Source: Macrostomum lignano (taxonomy: Eukaryota). Taken from it: 64,000 bases of DNA. Positions within the stretch are counted from its first letter, which is position 1. Each line of letters opens with the position of its first letter. Below the pieces are notes generated by a model that saw only the letters and a list, made by a program, of their open reading frames with translations, was not told where the DNA came from and searched no databases. Positions 25,601-37,406 of the stretch are shown here, in pieces. The DNA is taken from positions 1 to 64,000 of the forward strand of contig NIVC01003154.1 in NCBI GenBank assembly GCA_002269645.1. The letters are read 5' to 3'. Position numbers and translations under genes: made by a program.

Positions 25601-27314
25601 ACTCCAATTAGCCAGCATTATCAGATAAACACCTCAATTAGCCAGCATTATCAGATAATCACCCCAATTAGCCAGCATTATCAGATAATCACCCCAATTA
25701 GCCAGCATTATCAGATAATCACCCCAATTAGCCAGAATCATCAGATAATCACTTCAACTAGCCATCATCATCAGATAATCACTGCAATTAGCCATCATCA
25801 TCAGATAATCACCCCAATTAGCCATCATCATCAGATAATCACCCCAATTAGCCATCATCATCAGATAATCACTCCAGTTAGCCATCATCATCAGATAATC
25901 ACTCCAGTTAGCCATCATCATCAGATAATCACTCCAGTTAGCCATCATCATCAGATAATCACTCCAGTTAGCCACCATCATGAGATAATCACTCCAGTTA
26001 GCCACCATCATGAGATAATCACTCCAGTTAGCCACCATCATCAGATAATCACTCCAGTTAGCCATCATCATCAGATAATCACTCCAGTTAGCCATCATCA
26101 TCAGATAATCACCCCAATTAGCCATCATCATCAGATAATCACTCCAGTTAGCCACCATCATGAGATAATCACTCCAGTTAGCCACCATCATGAGATAATC
26201 ACTCCAGTTAGCCACCATCATGAGATAATCACTCCAATTAGCCATCATCATGAGATAATCACTCCAGTTAGCCACCATCATGAGATAATCACTCCAGTTA
26301 GCCACCATCATGAGATAATCACTCCAATTAGCCATCATCATGAGATAATCACTCCAGTTAGCCACCATCATGAGATAATCACTCCAGTTAGCCACCATCA
26401 TGAGATAATCACTCCAATTAGCCATCATCATGAGATAATCACTCCAGTTAGCCACCATCATCAGATAATCACTCTAATTAGCCATCATCAGATAATCACT
26501 CCAGTTAGCCACCATCATGAGATAATCACTGCAATCAGCCATCAGTAGACAATGACTCACCCCAACACCGCCGCAGGTGAGCCACCTGTTCCCCGAGGAC
26601 CTGTTCAGCCTGGCAGGCGAGCGGCGCCGGCCGCCATACCGCTGGTTCGTGATGGGCCCGGCCCGCAGCGGCACAGGCATTCACATCGATCCGCTGGGCA
26701 CGAGTGCGTGGAACGCGCTGGTCCGCGGGCACAAGCGCTGGTGCCTGTTCCCAATTGATGCGCCCAAGGATTTGGTCAAGCCAGCCGGCATCGAAGCCTC
26801 CAAACAGAAGGGCGAAGCAGCCGCCTGGTTCAGCTGCGTCTATCCTCGGACTCAACAGGCCGACTGGCCGGAGCGTTGGCGCCCACTGGAGATTCTTCAA
26901 AGACCCGGGGAGACAGTGTTCGTGCCCGGCGGCTGGTGGCATGTTGTGCTCAATCTTGACGACACGGTGGCCGTGACTCAGAACTTCTGCTCAAGCGTCA
27001 ACTTTCCAACCGTCTGGCACAAGACTAAACGTGGCCGGCCTAAAATGGCCAGAAAAGTGCTGGCCGAGTTGAAGCGGACGAGGCCTGACCTGGCCGCTGT
27101 CGCTGAGTCTATCGATACGAGTCGGCCTAGTGGATTTCACAGTTCATCCAGCAGCTCGTCTAGCAGCTCTTCTAGTAGCAGCAGCAGCAGCAGCGGCTCC
27201 GGAGACGATTCCGCGAGCTCAGACTCCGAGTCTGGCGATAGCGGAGTTGAGAGGACTAAAAAGCGGCGGCGTGAGTCTGAGCAGCAGGCATCCGCTACTA
27301 ATGGAGTTCACTGA
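16651..27314 (+). CDS. JMJD6: JmjC-domain protein JMJD6 (arginine demethylase/lysyl hydroxylase, PSR), about 399 aa, 4 exons
   Basis: Exons are 16651-16708 ([19 protein letters not shown]), 22815-23005 (DNVERID...FERPYKPVV), 24907-25119 ([18 protein letters not shown]...DSPLYIFD) and 26577-27314 ([30 protein letters not shown]...[16 protein letters not shown]...poly-Ser). All introns are GT-AG and in phase. The motifs match JMJD6 along its whole length. Confidence 0.96.
18666..19187 (+). repeat. AT-rich dispersed repeat, copy 1 (copy 2 at 57451-57970)
   Basis: It aligns colinearly over about 520 bp with 57451-57970 (e.g. gtaatgtatctaaaaaa, aaactattgttttcatgcttta, ttaagttgttttctttcatttaaatat). 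Confidence 0.8.
19370..19935. repeat. About 20-bp minisatellite (aaaaggattaggtaagtcgc) in JMJD6 intron 1
   Basis: Direct inspection. Confidence 0.92.
20088..20830. mobile_element. hAT MITE-family left end followed by CT-rich and GA-rich low-complexity tracts
   Basis: The stretch caggggtcggcaaa...cgcgaagcccctctatctggccctc matches the 40009 left end. The right TIR was not found. Confidence 0.55.
23060..24830. repeat. About 34-bp minisatellite (gaatcaatgaccgactgcaatgactaggcgaggg) filling JMJD6 intron 2
   Basis: Direct inspection. Confidence 0.95.
25150..26545. repeat. 30-bp minisatellite (ttagccatcatcatgagataatcactccaa) filling JMJD6 intron 3
   Basis: Direct inspection. Confidence 0.95.
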
Positions 27315-27559
27315 CTGTTGAGCAGAATGATTGATTAATGAATGAAAGTAGAAGAGTACAGTGCGTGGTTTTTTTATTTATATACTCGTATTTTTTCCTC
27401 CGTAACAACTGACTCCTGACCTGACGGGACGGGACGGGAGAGAGTTAAGCGCCGATTAACTTTAATGAATTTAGAGCCGTACGCAGGCTTATATAAATCC
27501 GCCCCCCCCCCGTAGTAATTTAGGATTCTTCAAAATTCAGTTAAAGAAGAGCCCCAATA

Positions 27560-29830
27560 ACCCTCTCCAATCCGCCCCAATAAGCCTCTCAAATCCGCCC
27601 TCTAGAACCATCTCAAATCCGCCCTCTAGAACCATCTCAAATCCGCCCTCTAGAACCATCTCAAATCCGCCCTCTAGAACCATCTCAAATCCGCCCTCTA
27701 GAACCATCTCAAATCCGCCCTCTACAACCCTCTCTAATGCGCCCTCTACAACCCTCTCTAATGCGCCCTCTAAAACCCTCTCTAATGCGCCCTCTAAAAC
27801 CCTCTCTAATGCGCCCTCTAAAACCCTCTCTAATGCGCCCTCTAAAACCCTCTCTAATGCGCCCTCTAAAACCCTCTCTAATGCGCCCTCTAAAACCCTC
27901 TCTAATGCGCCCTCTAAAACCCTCTCTAATGCGCCCTCTAAAACCCTCTCAAATGCGCCCTCTAAAACCCTCTCTAATGCGCCCTCTAAAACCCTCTCTA
28001 ATGCGCCCTCTAAAACCCTCTCTAATGCGCCCTCTAAAACCCTCTCAAATCCGCCCTCTAAAACCCTCTCTAATGCGCCCTCTAAAACCCTCTCTAATGC
28101 GCCCTCTAGAACCCTCTCAAATCCGCCCTCTAGAACCATCTCAAATCCGCCCTCTAGAACCCTCTCAAATTCGCCCTCTAGAACCCTCTCAAATCCGCCC
28201 TCTAAAACCATCTCAAATCCGCCCTCTAGAACCATCTCAAATCCGCCCTCTAGAACCATCTCAAATCCGCCCTCTAGAACCATCTCAAATCCGCCCTCTA
28301 GAACCATCTCAAATCCGCCCTCTAGAACCCTCTCAAATCCGCCCGAAAAACCATCTCAAATCCGCCCTCTAGAACCATCTCAAATCCGCCCTCTAGAACC
28401 ATCTCAAATCCACCCTCTAGAACCATCTCAAATCCGCCCTCTAGAACCATCTCAAATCCGCCCTCTAGAACCATCTCAAATCCGCCCTCTAGAACCATCT
28501 CAAATCCGCCCTCTAGAACCATCTCAAATCCGCCCTCTAGAACCATCTCAAATCCGCCCTCTAGAACCATCTCAAATCCGCCCTCTAGAACCATCTCAAA
28601 TCCGCCCTCTAGAACCATCTCAAATCCGCCCTCTAGAACCCTCTCAAATCCGCCCTCTAGAACCATCTCAAATCCGCCCTCTAGAACCATCTCAAACCCG
28701 CCCTCTAGAACCATCTCAAATCCGCCCTCAAGAACCATCTCAAATCCGCCCTCTAGAACCATCTCAAATCCGCCCTCTAGAACCATCTCAAATCCGCCCT
28801 CTAGAACCATCCCAAATCCGCCCTCTAGAACCCTCTCAAATCCGCCCGAAAGACCATCTCAAATCCGCCCTCTAGAACCATCTCAAATCCGCCCTCTAGA
28901 ACCATCTCAAACCCGCCCTCTAGAACCATCTCAAATCCGCCCTCTAGAACCATCTCAAATCCGCCCTCTAGAACCATCTTAAATCCGCCCTCTAGAACCA
29001 TCTCAAATCCGCCCTCTAGAACCATCTCAAATCCGCCCTCTAGAACCCTCTCAAATCCGCCCGAAAGACCATCTCAAATCCGCCCTCTAGAACCATCTCA
29101 AATCCGCCCTCTAGAACCATCTCAAATCCGCCCTCTAGAACCCTCTCAAATCCGCCCTCTAGAACCATCTCAAATCCGCCCTCTAGAACCATCTCAAATC
29201 CGCCCTCTAGAACCATCTCAAATCCGCCCTCTAGAACCATCTCAAATCCGCCCTCTAGAACCATCTCAAATCCGCCCTCTAGAACCATCTCAAATCCGCC
29301 CTCTAGAACCCTCTCAAATCCGCCCGAAAGACCATCTCAAATCCGCCCTCTAAAACCCTCTCTAATGCGCCCTCTAAAACCCTCTCAAATCCGCCCTCTA
29401 AAACCCTCTCTAATGCGCCCTCTAAAACCCTCTCAAATCCGCCCTCTAAAACCCTCTCAAATCCGCCCTCTAAAACCCTCTCAAATCCGCCCTCTAAAAC
29501 CCTCTCAAATCCGCCCTCTAAAACCCTCTCTAATGCGCCCTCTAAAACCCTCTCAAATCCGCCCTCTAAAACCCTCTCAAATCCGCCCTCTAAAACCCTC
29601 TCAAATCCGCCCTCTAAAACCCTCTCTAATGCGCCCTCTAAAACCCTCTCAAATCCGCCCTCTAAAACCCTCTCAAATCCGCCCTCTAAAACCCTCTCTA
29701 ATGCGCCCTCTAAAACCCTCTCAAATCCGCCCTCTAAAACCCTCTCAAATCCGCCCTCTAGAACCCTCTCAAATCCGCCCTCTAGAACCATCTCAAATCC
29801 GCCCTCAAGAACCCTCTGAAATCCGCCCCA
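27560..29830. repeat. 24-bp minisatellite (aatccgccctctagaaccatctca), two variant blocks
   Basis: Direct inspection. Confidence 0.95.
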
Positions 29831-30539
29831 ATAAATTTTGCCATCTGAATGACCAGAAGCGCTTTTATAAATTTCGATCCCTTTTCATTGTAACTAAACT
29901 TTTAGTTTGTTATTATTGATCAACAGTGAATTGTGTTGTGAATGATTGCGGAAAATTACTTCAAAATATTCTTACCTAAACTTCACAGCAAGCAACTATT
30001 GTGTGTTCGCTAAATTATTTATAATTAAACTTCTAAGTGTATTACATGCGAAGTTAAAAGTACTTTATTTACTACTGTTTATCCGTTTGTACAAACAAAT
30101 TCGCACAGCAAATAAAGTTGGAAAACAATAAAAATGATAAATTTAACCAAATGCCCGATATCTTTCCGTGTCTAAACAGAATTTCCCGAGAAAAAATCGC
30201 GTATACTACTAACAATACTGGTACTCGCGTATTGCATCAACGGCGGCTGTTAAAGCAGATAGTTTAATTATTATAATTTGTTTGCTCGATCTACTTCGTA
30301 CCTGCGACTTAATGTTGTTGCTCTGATAAATTTTATCATGTCTTTTTCTAACTGCGCTACTGTTGAAAATATAATTTGTATGGATTTAAATGGTGCGAAA
30401 AAGTTTAACAAACTGTTGCGAACTGTTTTTATGTGTCCAAATATATCTATTTTTATGCTAAAAAATATGACTTGGCTGCTTTTTATTGCGCTTGAGCCGC
30501 TGCTCGACCCTCAGTGCTTCTCAGAAAGAAGTTCCGATG

Positions 30540-30619
30540 TCTGTGTCTTAGTGCCTGTCTTAGCGTGTCTGTCTGTGTCTGTCTGTGTGTCTGTCTGTGT
30601 GTTTGTCTTTGTGTCTGTG

Positions 30620-30654
<35 letters not shown>

Positions 30655-30731
30655 GTCTGTCTGTGCGTATGTCTGTCTGTCTGTCTGTGTCTGTCTGTCT
30701 GTCTGTCTGTCTGTGCGTATGTCTGTCTTAG

Positions 30732-30766
<35 letters not shown>

Positions 30767-30783
30767 GCGTATGTCTGTCTTAG

Positions 30784-30818
<35 letters not shown>

Positions 30819-30927
30819 GCGTATGTCTGTCTTAGCGTGTCTGTCTGTCTGTCTGTCTGTCTATCTGTCTGCCTGTCCTAGCGTGTCTGTCTGTCTGTGT
30901 CTGTCTGTCTGTGTCTGTCTGTCTGTA

Positions 30928-30986
<59 letters not shown>

Positions 30987-31015
30987 GTCTTAGTGCCTGT
31001 CTGCCTGTCTTAGCG

Positions 31016-31064
<49 letters not shown>

Positions 31065-31120
31065 TAGCGTGTCTGTCTTTCTTTCTGTCTGTCTGTCTGT
31101 CTCTGTCTGTCTGTCTCCCC
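30540..31120. repeat. (TCTG)n microsatellite upstream of NUP42 exon 31248
   Basis: Direct inspection. Confidence 0.95.
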
Positions 31121-31247
31121 TTCCATTAGTCTCAGTGGCCAAATACCAAAATCGTGTACAGAAAAAACTAAAATAGAGCTGCAATCAGTTTGCCTAACAG
31201 GTTTCCCTTACACACACCGGCTCCCCTCAACCGGTTCCACCTTGCAG

Positions 31248-34200
31248 AATCCGCTGCCGTCTCAGTCCACCGACCCGGTGGGTCACATCGTGCACTTCGT
31301 GACCTCCTGGGAGGCGGCGAAGATGTGGCCATTCAGCTGCTTCGGCAATCCGCACTGGCCCAGCCTCCCAGAGCTGGCCGACATCAGCCCAGAGGAGCTC
31401 CGACTGGACGCTTATCAGAGTCGAACCGGCCCAGCTGCGTGGAGCGCCGAGCACCTGGCCAAGATGGCCAGCCTTGCCCAGGAGTACTCGGCTAAACGGC
31501 AGGCCATCAAGCAGCCGAATGCGGCTGTGTTAGAAGCGCTGGTCAGTTTATTTCCCATTGAAATCCGTTTATTGTTGTTAAACGGGGGTGGGAGCAGTTG
31601 CTACTAGCGGATCAGTCTGGGAGGGGCTCTGCCGCTGATGGCCCGAGATACCCACTAGATTAGTTAGACCCTAACGTCTTGGCTAGGGCTGGGTGTGAAC
31701 TACTACTAACCCAAGCCTATGGACTAAGGCGCCGCCAACCCAAAAGTGAAATCAGGGACGGTGCTAGGACCGAGTCCATCCAGGCCACCACCCAGCAGAC
31801 AAGTCTTTCGTAGTGCGCGCGAAAAAAGAGTTTGAAAAGCTTAGTTTGCTACTTAGAGCGGTCCGAGAGCGGGGAAACCCCAGAAGTCTACGGAAAAGCA
31901 ATGGTTAGGAACTTAGGGATTTGGCTGGAAGGCTTGTTTCCAAGGGCGAGTCTCCTATCAAGAGGTAACTTTGCAAACCCTCCCTATTGGGCTGCAAGCC
32001 ACAAGGGTGTCACCTATCCAGCTTTACGAGGAGAAGTCAAAAAGTAATGATAATTTTGTTTTCACGAGTGTCAAACTTAAAATTAGAATCTACTTTTCTA
32101 CATAGTCCCCCTCCAGGGTCAGACACTTCTCCATGCGGTGTCGCCATCTCTCCAGGCCGTTCGCGGAGAACTCAGGAGGCTGTGCAGCAAGCCACTGTAC
32201 AGTAGCCTTTTTGGCAGCCTCTTGGTCCTCATGTTGGACTCCTTTGATTGCTTCCTTCAGCTTGGGAACCAAAAAAGTCTTAAAGAGCCAAATCAGAGCT
32301 ATATGGAGGATGCTAGAGGATTTCCCAGCGGAAATCTCGAAGGGGTTCACGGCAAAGCCGAGAAGTGTGGGCTGGTGCATTGTCGTGGTGAAAGAGAATC
32401 ACACGGTGCAGCTTGCCAGGTCGCTTTTTGGCCAGTTCGGAGTGGAGCTTTTGCAGAAGCGACACATATTAGGTGTCATTGATGGTCTTCTGGCCTTCCA
32501 AGAAGTCCACCATCACCACTCCCCCAACATCCCAGAAGATGGTCGCCAAGACCTTCGCTGCAGACCCTTCCGCACGGAACTTCTTGGGGCCCGCTGAACC
32601 TCGTGGCAGCCACTCCTTGGATTGGACTTTGGACTCGGGATTATACTGAAATATTCATGTTTCATCCCCAGTCACTAAGCGTTGGTAAAAGTTTTCTGAA
32701 TCAGCGTCCAAGCAGTTCAGCAGGTTGATGGCGCACTCAGAGCGCTGAACCCGGTGTTCAGGCCGCAACAGCCGCGGGACCCAGCGGGCACTCAGCTTGC
32801 TCAGATCAAGACAGTCAATCACAATGGAATAAGCACCGCCATGAGAGATGGCCACTTGGTCAGCAATATTGTCTTTGGTCATGCACCGATCCTGCTTAAG
32901 TACCTGCTGCACAACTGCCACATTTTCCTCTGTGCGCAATGTTGTGGGCCTTCCCGACCACTGGGCGTCTTCCATGGACTCTCGGCCTTCCTTAAAAGCC
33001 TAAATCCAGCAGTAAATGGTTGGATCTGGTGGAGCAGTGTCCATATGGGCCTTCTTCAAAGCGTCAATGATTTCGGCTGTCTTCCAACCAAGTTTTACAA
33101 GAAACTTCACCTTAGTGCGAGCTTCGATTTTTGAATTTTCCGTTGCTGAAAGGGTATACTGTGATTAGAGCGTCATCATGCAGAAATCAGTCACTCTAGA
33201 AGAACCAAAACTCTATCAAATTAAGAACAAAAGATGTTTTTTTCAAACGAAAACAGTTGCATTTCAATACCTCTTATATTTTAAGCGTTACAACAAAACT
33301 ATCTTTACTTTTTGACTTCCCCTCGTAGATTGGACGCCGGGCCAAGGGGTCGGGAAAGGGGCACAAGGCGCAAGAGGACCCGGACTCAACCGGTATCCCC
33401 GATTCGGGACGAACTCATTCCCCAGGACTCCAGTCCACTGTCAGGATGAGAGCCAAGACACAAGGGCAGGGAGACAGCCAGAGGAGCCAGCAGATGGACC
33501 AAGGTCAGAGCAAGATGGACAAGATAAAATCCGTTTATTACTACATTGATATGAGCGCGTATTATGTTTATATTGTCATAGGACTCACAGATACTAGAAT
33601 ATAACTAGATGGGCCACTCAGGCATATATGCTTAGCAAAACAGCTTTCTACTTTCAGTTCAGTAGCAAAAAAGAATATATAAGCTTAAAAGAAAATTTTA
33701 TAAATGAGCCTTGTCTTTAAAAATACATTAAAATGCCTTAGTTTAACTTACTACTGAACTGAAAGTAGCTTGCACGCAAATGTGCTGAGTGGCCCATCTA
33801 GTTATTCTAGTATCTGTGGTAAAGACATGTTGCTTAAAACATATTATAGCATTAAAATTCGCTGCTTACCTACTGGAATCTTCACTGAACAAGTAGACTA
33901 TGTAGGACATTATTGAACATTTTGTGGTGATTTTTACAGAATACTTTAAGAGCCTCTGTAATTTTGCAACCTCAAAGATAGTCAGTCTCACAGCAGGTGT
34001 TGCCCAAACCAGCAGAAAATGACACAACAGCAAACCTCCATTTTCTGCTTGCAGAAGCAGTACGTTGCTCAGAATCAGCACCTCCGACCAAGCGCGCAGC
34101 AGAAAGCGCCCGCCGCCACAACTGGCGGCGGACTTGTCGCTCCACGTCGATCTGGCGGTTTGTTTGGCGAGGCGCCTACTGCGTTTGCTTCCAGCGCTGG

Positions 34201-35086
34201 TGGCGCCGCTGGTGGTCTGTTTAGCGGCGCCCAGACTTCGGCGTCTTCAACCGCAGGTGGCCTATTTTCTGGCGCCCAGACTTCTGCACCAAGTTCCGGT
34301 GGTCTGTTTAGTAGCGCCCAGACTTCGGTGTCTTCAACTCCAGGTGGCCTGTTTTCTGGCGCCCAGACTCAGGCGCCACGTTCTGGTGGTCTGTTTAGCG
34401 GCACCCAGACTTCGGTGTCTTCAACCGCAGGTGGCTTGTTTAGTAGCGCCCAGACTCAGGCACCACATTCGGGGGGTCTGTTTAGTGGCGCCCAGACCCA
34501 GGCGCCAAGTTCCGGTGGTCTGTTTAGTAGCGCCCAGACTTCATCGCCAAGTTCCGGTGGTCTGTTTAGCGGCGCCCAGACTTCAGCGCCAAGTTCCGGT
34601 GGTCTGTTTAGCGGCGCCCAGACTTCAGCGCCAAGTTCCGGTGGTCTGTTTAGCGGCGCCCAGACTTCGGTGTCTTCAACCGCTGGCGGCTTGTTTAGTA
34701 GCGCCCAGATCCAGGCGCCAAGTTCCGGTGGTCTATTTAGTAGCGCCCAGACTCCGGCGCCAAACTCCATCGGCACGTTTACTCAGCCGCCAAGCTTAGG
34801 GGGCGTCGCGCAGACGCAAGCGTCGGCATCAACAACTGCAACAACAACACTGGCAGCCACGACCGCCGCCTCAGCTTCCGCTTTCTCCTTCAGCAAGGCC
34901 GCCGGAGGCTCCGTGTCGAGTCCGACTTCGTCGACAACCGCCGGCAGCTTTGCCGAATCGGCGCTAAAATTGGACTACAGCCCGTTGGAGAGCCTGTCGG
35001 AAGCTGAGAAGGCGGCCTATCAAGCTGAGGAATTTGACCCGGCTTGTGTGCCGCTGAAAGCGCCGGCTATTGAGTTCTGTCGATAG
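31248..35086 (+). CDS. NUP42: Nucleoporin NUP42/NUPL2 (hCG1)-like; 5' exon not located
   Basis: Exon 31248-31541 (WEAAKMWPFSCF...DISPEELRL) resembles the NUP42 WE..W.FS..DISPEELRL block. Exon 34055-35086 has a repeat region and a C-terminal YSPLESLSEAEKAAYQAEEFDPACVPLKAP that resembles the Gle1-binding tail. The intron CTG|gtcagt...ttttctgcttgcag|AAG is phase 0. Confidence 0.85.
32027..33325 (-). mobile_element. Decayed mariner (Tc1/mariner) transposon, 1299 bp, in the NUP42 intron
   Basis: TA duplications lie at 32025-26 and 33326-27. The TIRs are CGAGGAGAAGTCAAAAAGTAA and its near-identical inverted copy. The transposase remnant keeps SGRP, WVP, LVTGDET, HHDNAPAH and HPPYSSDL motifs but has lost its start codon and carries stops and frameshifts. 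Confidence 0.95.
33586..33818. mobile_element. Small palindromic MITE/foldback element (CACAG...CTGTG ends)
   Basis: The ends form an inverted repeat of about 36 bp, cacagatactagaata(ta)actagatgggccactcag. There is also an internal inverted pair, ctactttcagttcagtag and ctactgaactgaaagtag. Confidence 0.7.
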
Positions 35087-35409
35087 AGGCCGTCCCTCGC
35101 AGTTAATTCTGCGTCTTTCAATAGTCTTAGTAGCTCGTAAAAGTCTAGGATGCAATCGTCTCTTTGCGAACGTTGTTTTTGTAAACATACTCGTATTTTT
35201 TGTTTAAACCGGATGAATTTTCCTGGCTAAAGTACATGCAAATTATAGTAAATACACACGCTTATGTTCGGCTCGTGATGACTGCCTCTTTCCTGTTTCC
35301 TACACATGCCATCTTTTTTCTTGGCTCGGTTTTTTGCAATTTTAATGAACTGCTAATGAAGTCACGGGCTACGATCCATTAGTTTTATTATTTCTTTAGC
35401 TTATGGCAG

Positions 35410-35831
35410 ATAGGCAGACAGACAGTCGAACAAACAGTTAGACACTCAGACTGGCAGACACTAAGACAGACAGACAGTCGAACAAACAGTTAGACACTCA
35501 GACTGGCAGACACTAAGACAGACAGACAGTCGAACAAACAGTTAGACACTCAGACTGGCAGACACTAAGACAGACAGACAGTCGAACAAACAGTTAGACA
35601 CTCAGACTGGCAGACACTAAGACAGACAGACAGTCGAACAAACAGTTAGACACTCAGACTGGCAGACACTAAGACAGACAGACAGTCGAACAAACAGTTA
35701 GACACTCAGACTGGCAGACACTAAGACAGACAGACAGTCGAACAAACAGTTAGACACTCAGACTGGCAGACACTAAGACAGACAGACAGACAGACAGGCA
35801 GGCAGACACACAGACAGACAGACGCTAAGAT

Positions 35832-35867
<36 letters not shown>

Positions 35868-35895
35868 GGACGCAGACAGACAGACAGACAGACAT
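35410..35895. repeat. 52-bp higher-order repeat (about 7 copies) grading into (AGAC)n
   Basis: gtcgaa recurs at 35425, 35477 and 35529, a period of 52. Confidence 0.92.
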
Positions 35896-36059
35896 ACAGG
35901 CAAAAACAGAAATCAATGTTTGCGAGAATAACACAGTAACTTCTATCAGGATTCTTATATTCCTCCAACGGAAGATCCTCCTGCAAGGCAAAGGATAGTC
36001 TCAGCCTCATAATAATAGGCCTCGAGTTTGTAGCGAGTTTCTTGTTTCATAGCTGTAGC

Positions 36060-36550
36060 TGTAGATGTGTACGCAGGTGTCAATTGATACCTGTGTCTGT
36101 TTGCAAAGTATATTCCATACATATTTCACTAAAATCCTGCTTCGACTAAAGCTCTTTGTTTTGCTAGTTGGATTTTCTAGTAGACCTCGGCGCATATACA
36201 ATACTGGGGGGAATAACATTGAACACGGCTCTCTGTACTTTTATATAGGTGTTTGAGTCTCTACCAGGTAACGTCACTTTTCTTGGCCCAGTTTTTGCCA
36301 GTGTTTCCAGTGTATCTCCATCTCTCCATCTGCTCGTGTTCGCAGAATTGTCCCCAGCTACTGGGGACAAAGCAGCTGTTAATATAGCTGAGCCGTTCAA
36401 ATCCCCTGTAGTGGGAAATTTCTTGCGTGTTTCTCCCACCAGCTCAGATCTGCAGGGCTCCGCCAATGAGAATCAACTTACCCTTTTCCTTGCGTGCACA
36501 TCTCGTCTCTCGCCTTGCAGTTTCCAGCCTCGCCAACAACCCCCTCCTGA
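36060..36550 (-). mobile_element. Possible LTR remnant
   Basis: On the minus strand a purine tract, AGGAGGGGG, is followed by TGTTGG, and an internal CTATATAAAAG lies at about 36245. No partner LTR or coding domain was seen. Confidence 0.25.
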
Positions 36551-37406
36551 ACCGTTGGCATAAGAGCTGCAGGATGCTAGGCTAGGCGCACCTGACAGAA
36601 GATAGTCTCACTGCAACCTGATATTATTGACATTGTCTCTTCCGGACCTCTTTAGCAGGCAGTTTGCTTTTTAAAATCCAGGGCGAGAACAGGAATTGGT
36701 AGTCAGAATCGGCGCCTTTGCTAAAACTACCAAAGCTATACCGGCATATTGTATTGTAAGTTGCACTGACCGGGTATTTGTTTTTTATAGGACGTAAATG
36801 TTGAAACGTTGTTAGGGCTAGGGTTAATAATAGAACTTCTATGAAAAGCAATCTTACCGACAATAGGTTCCTGTCAGGAAGTTTATTATAGCGGAAGCTT
36901 CCCTATTGGAATGTTTCCTAGTCGGGGGTGCATAAAGATGCCTGTAGACTGAGTATCTTTATAGTAATGTCCTGAAATTAGTGAAATGAACTTACACATT
37001 GCACGGATATTAAGTCCATAAATGACTATATAGTAAATGCGCGTGCCAGGTGTTAATTGGGATATTATTTCTGGATATTATGAATTTCAAATCCGCTCTT
37101 ATTGTCATGCGTATCTAACCAAGCTTTGAATCAGTTTCTGTCGGCTTTTGAAATCTATTAAAAATTTCTTTGTCGAAAGAGAATCAGGAAATCTTTGGTT
37201 GGCCGGCTCTGATTCTGCAAATTAATTCCTATTATGTTTGATCTACGGCGTATGACAGGACCGACTGAATTCCCGCTTGGGATAAATGATGAGAATCGTG
37301 TTCTATCTGTCGTGTCTCTTTGAAGGTATAGCAGCGATCTTATGCCTTTTATGATTTTATGCGTGACATTTTCTGTACACCTCTGTAATCAAAAGCAGCA
37401 TCAAGG

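Noticed and set aside
27130-27250. Poly-Ser tract of JMJD6 as a novelty
   Set aside because: A C-terminal poly-Ser tract is a known conserved feature of JMJD6.
23060-29830. CRISPR-like regular repeats
   Set aside because: The units are head-to-tail with no unique spacers, there are no cas genes, and the context is eukaryotic.
36810-36825. Telomere-like TTAGGG
   Set aside because: There are only one or two imperfect copies, which is expected by chance.
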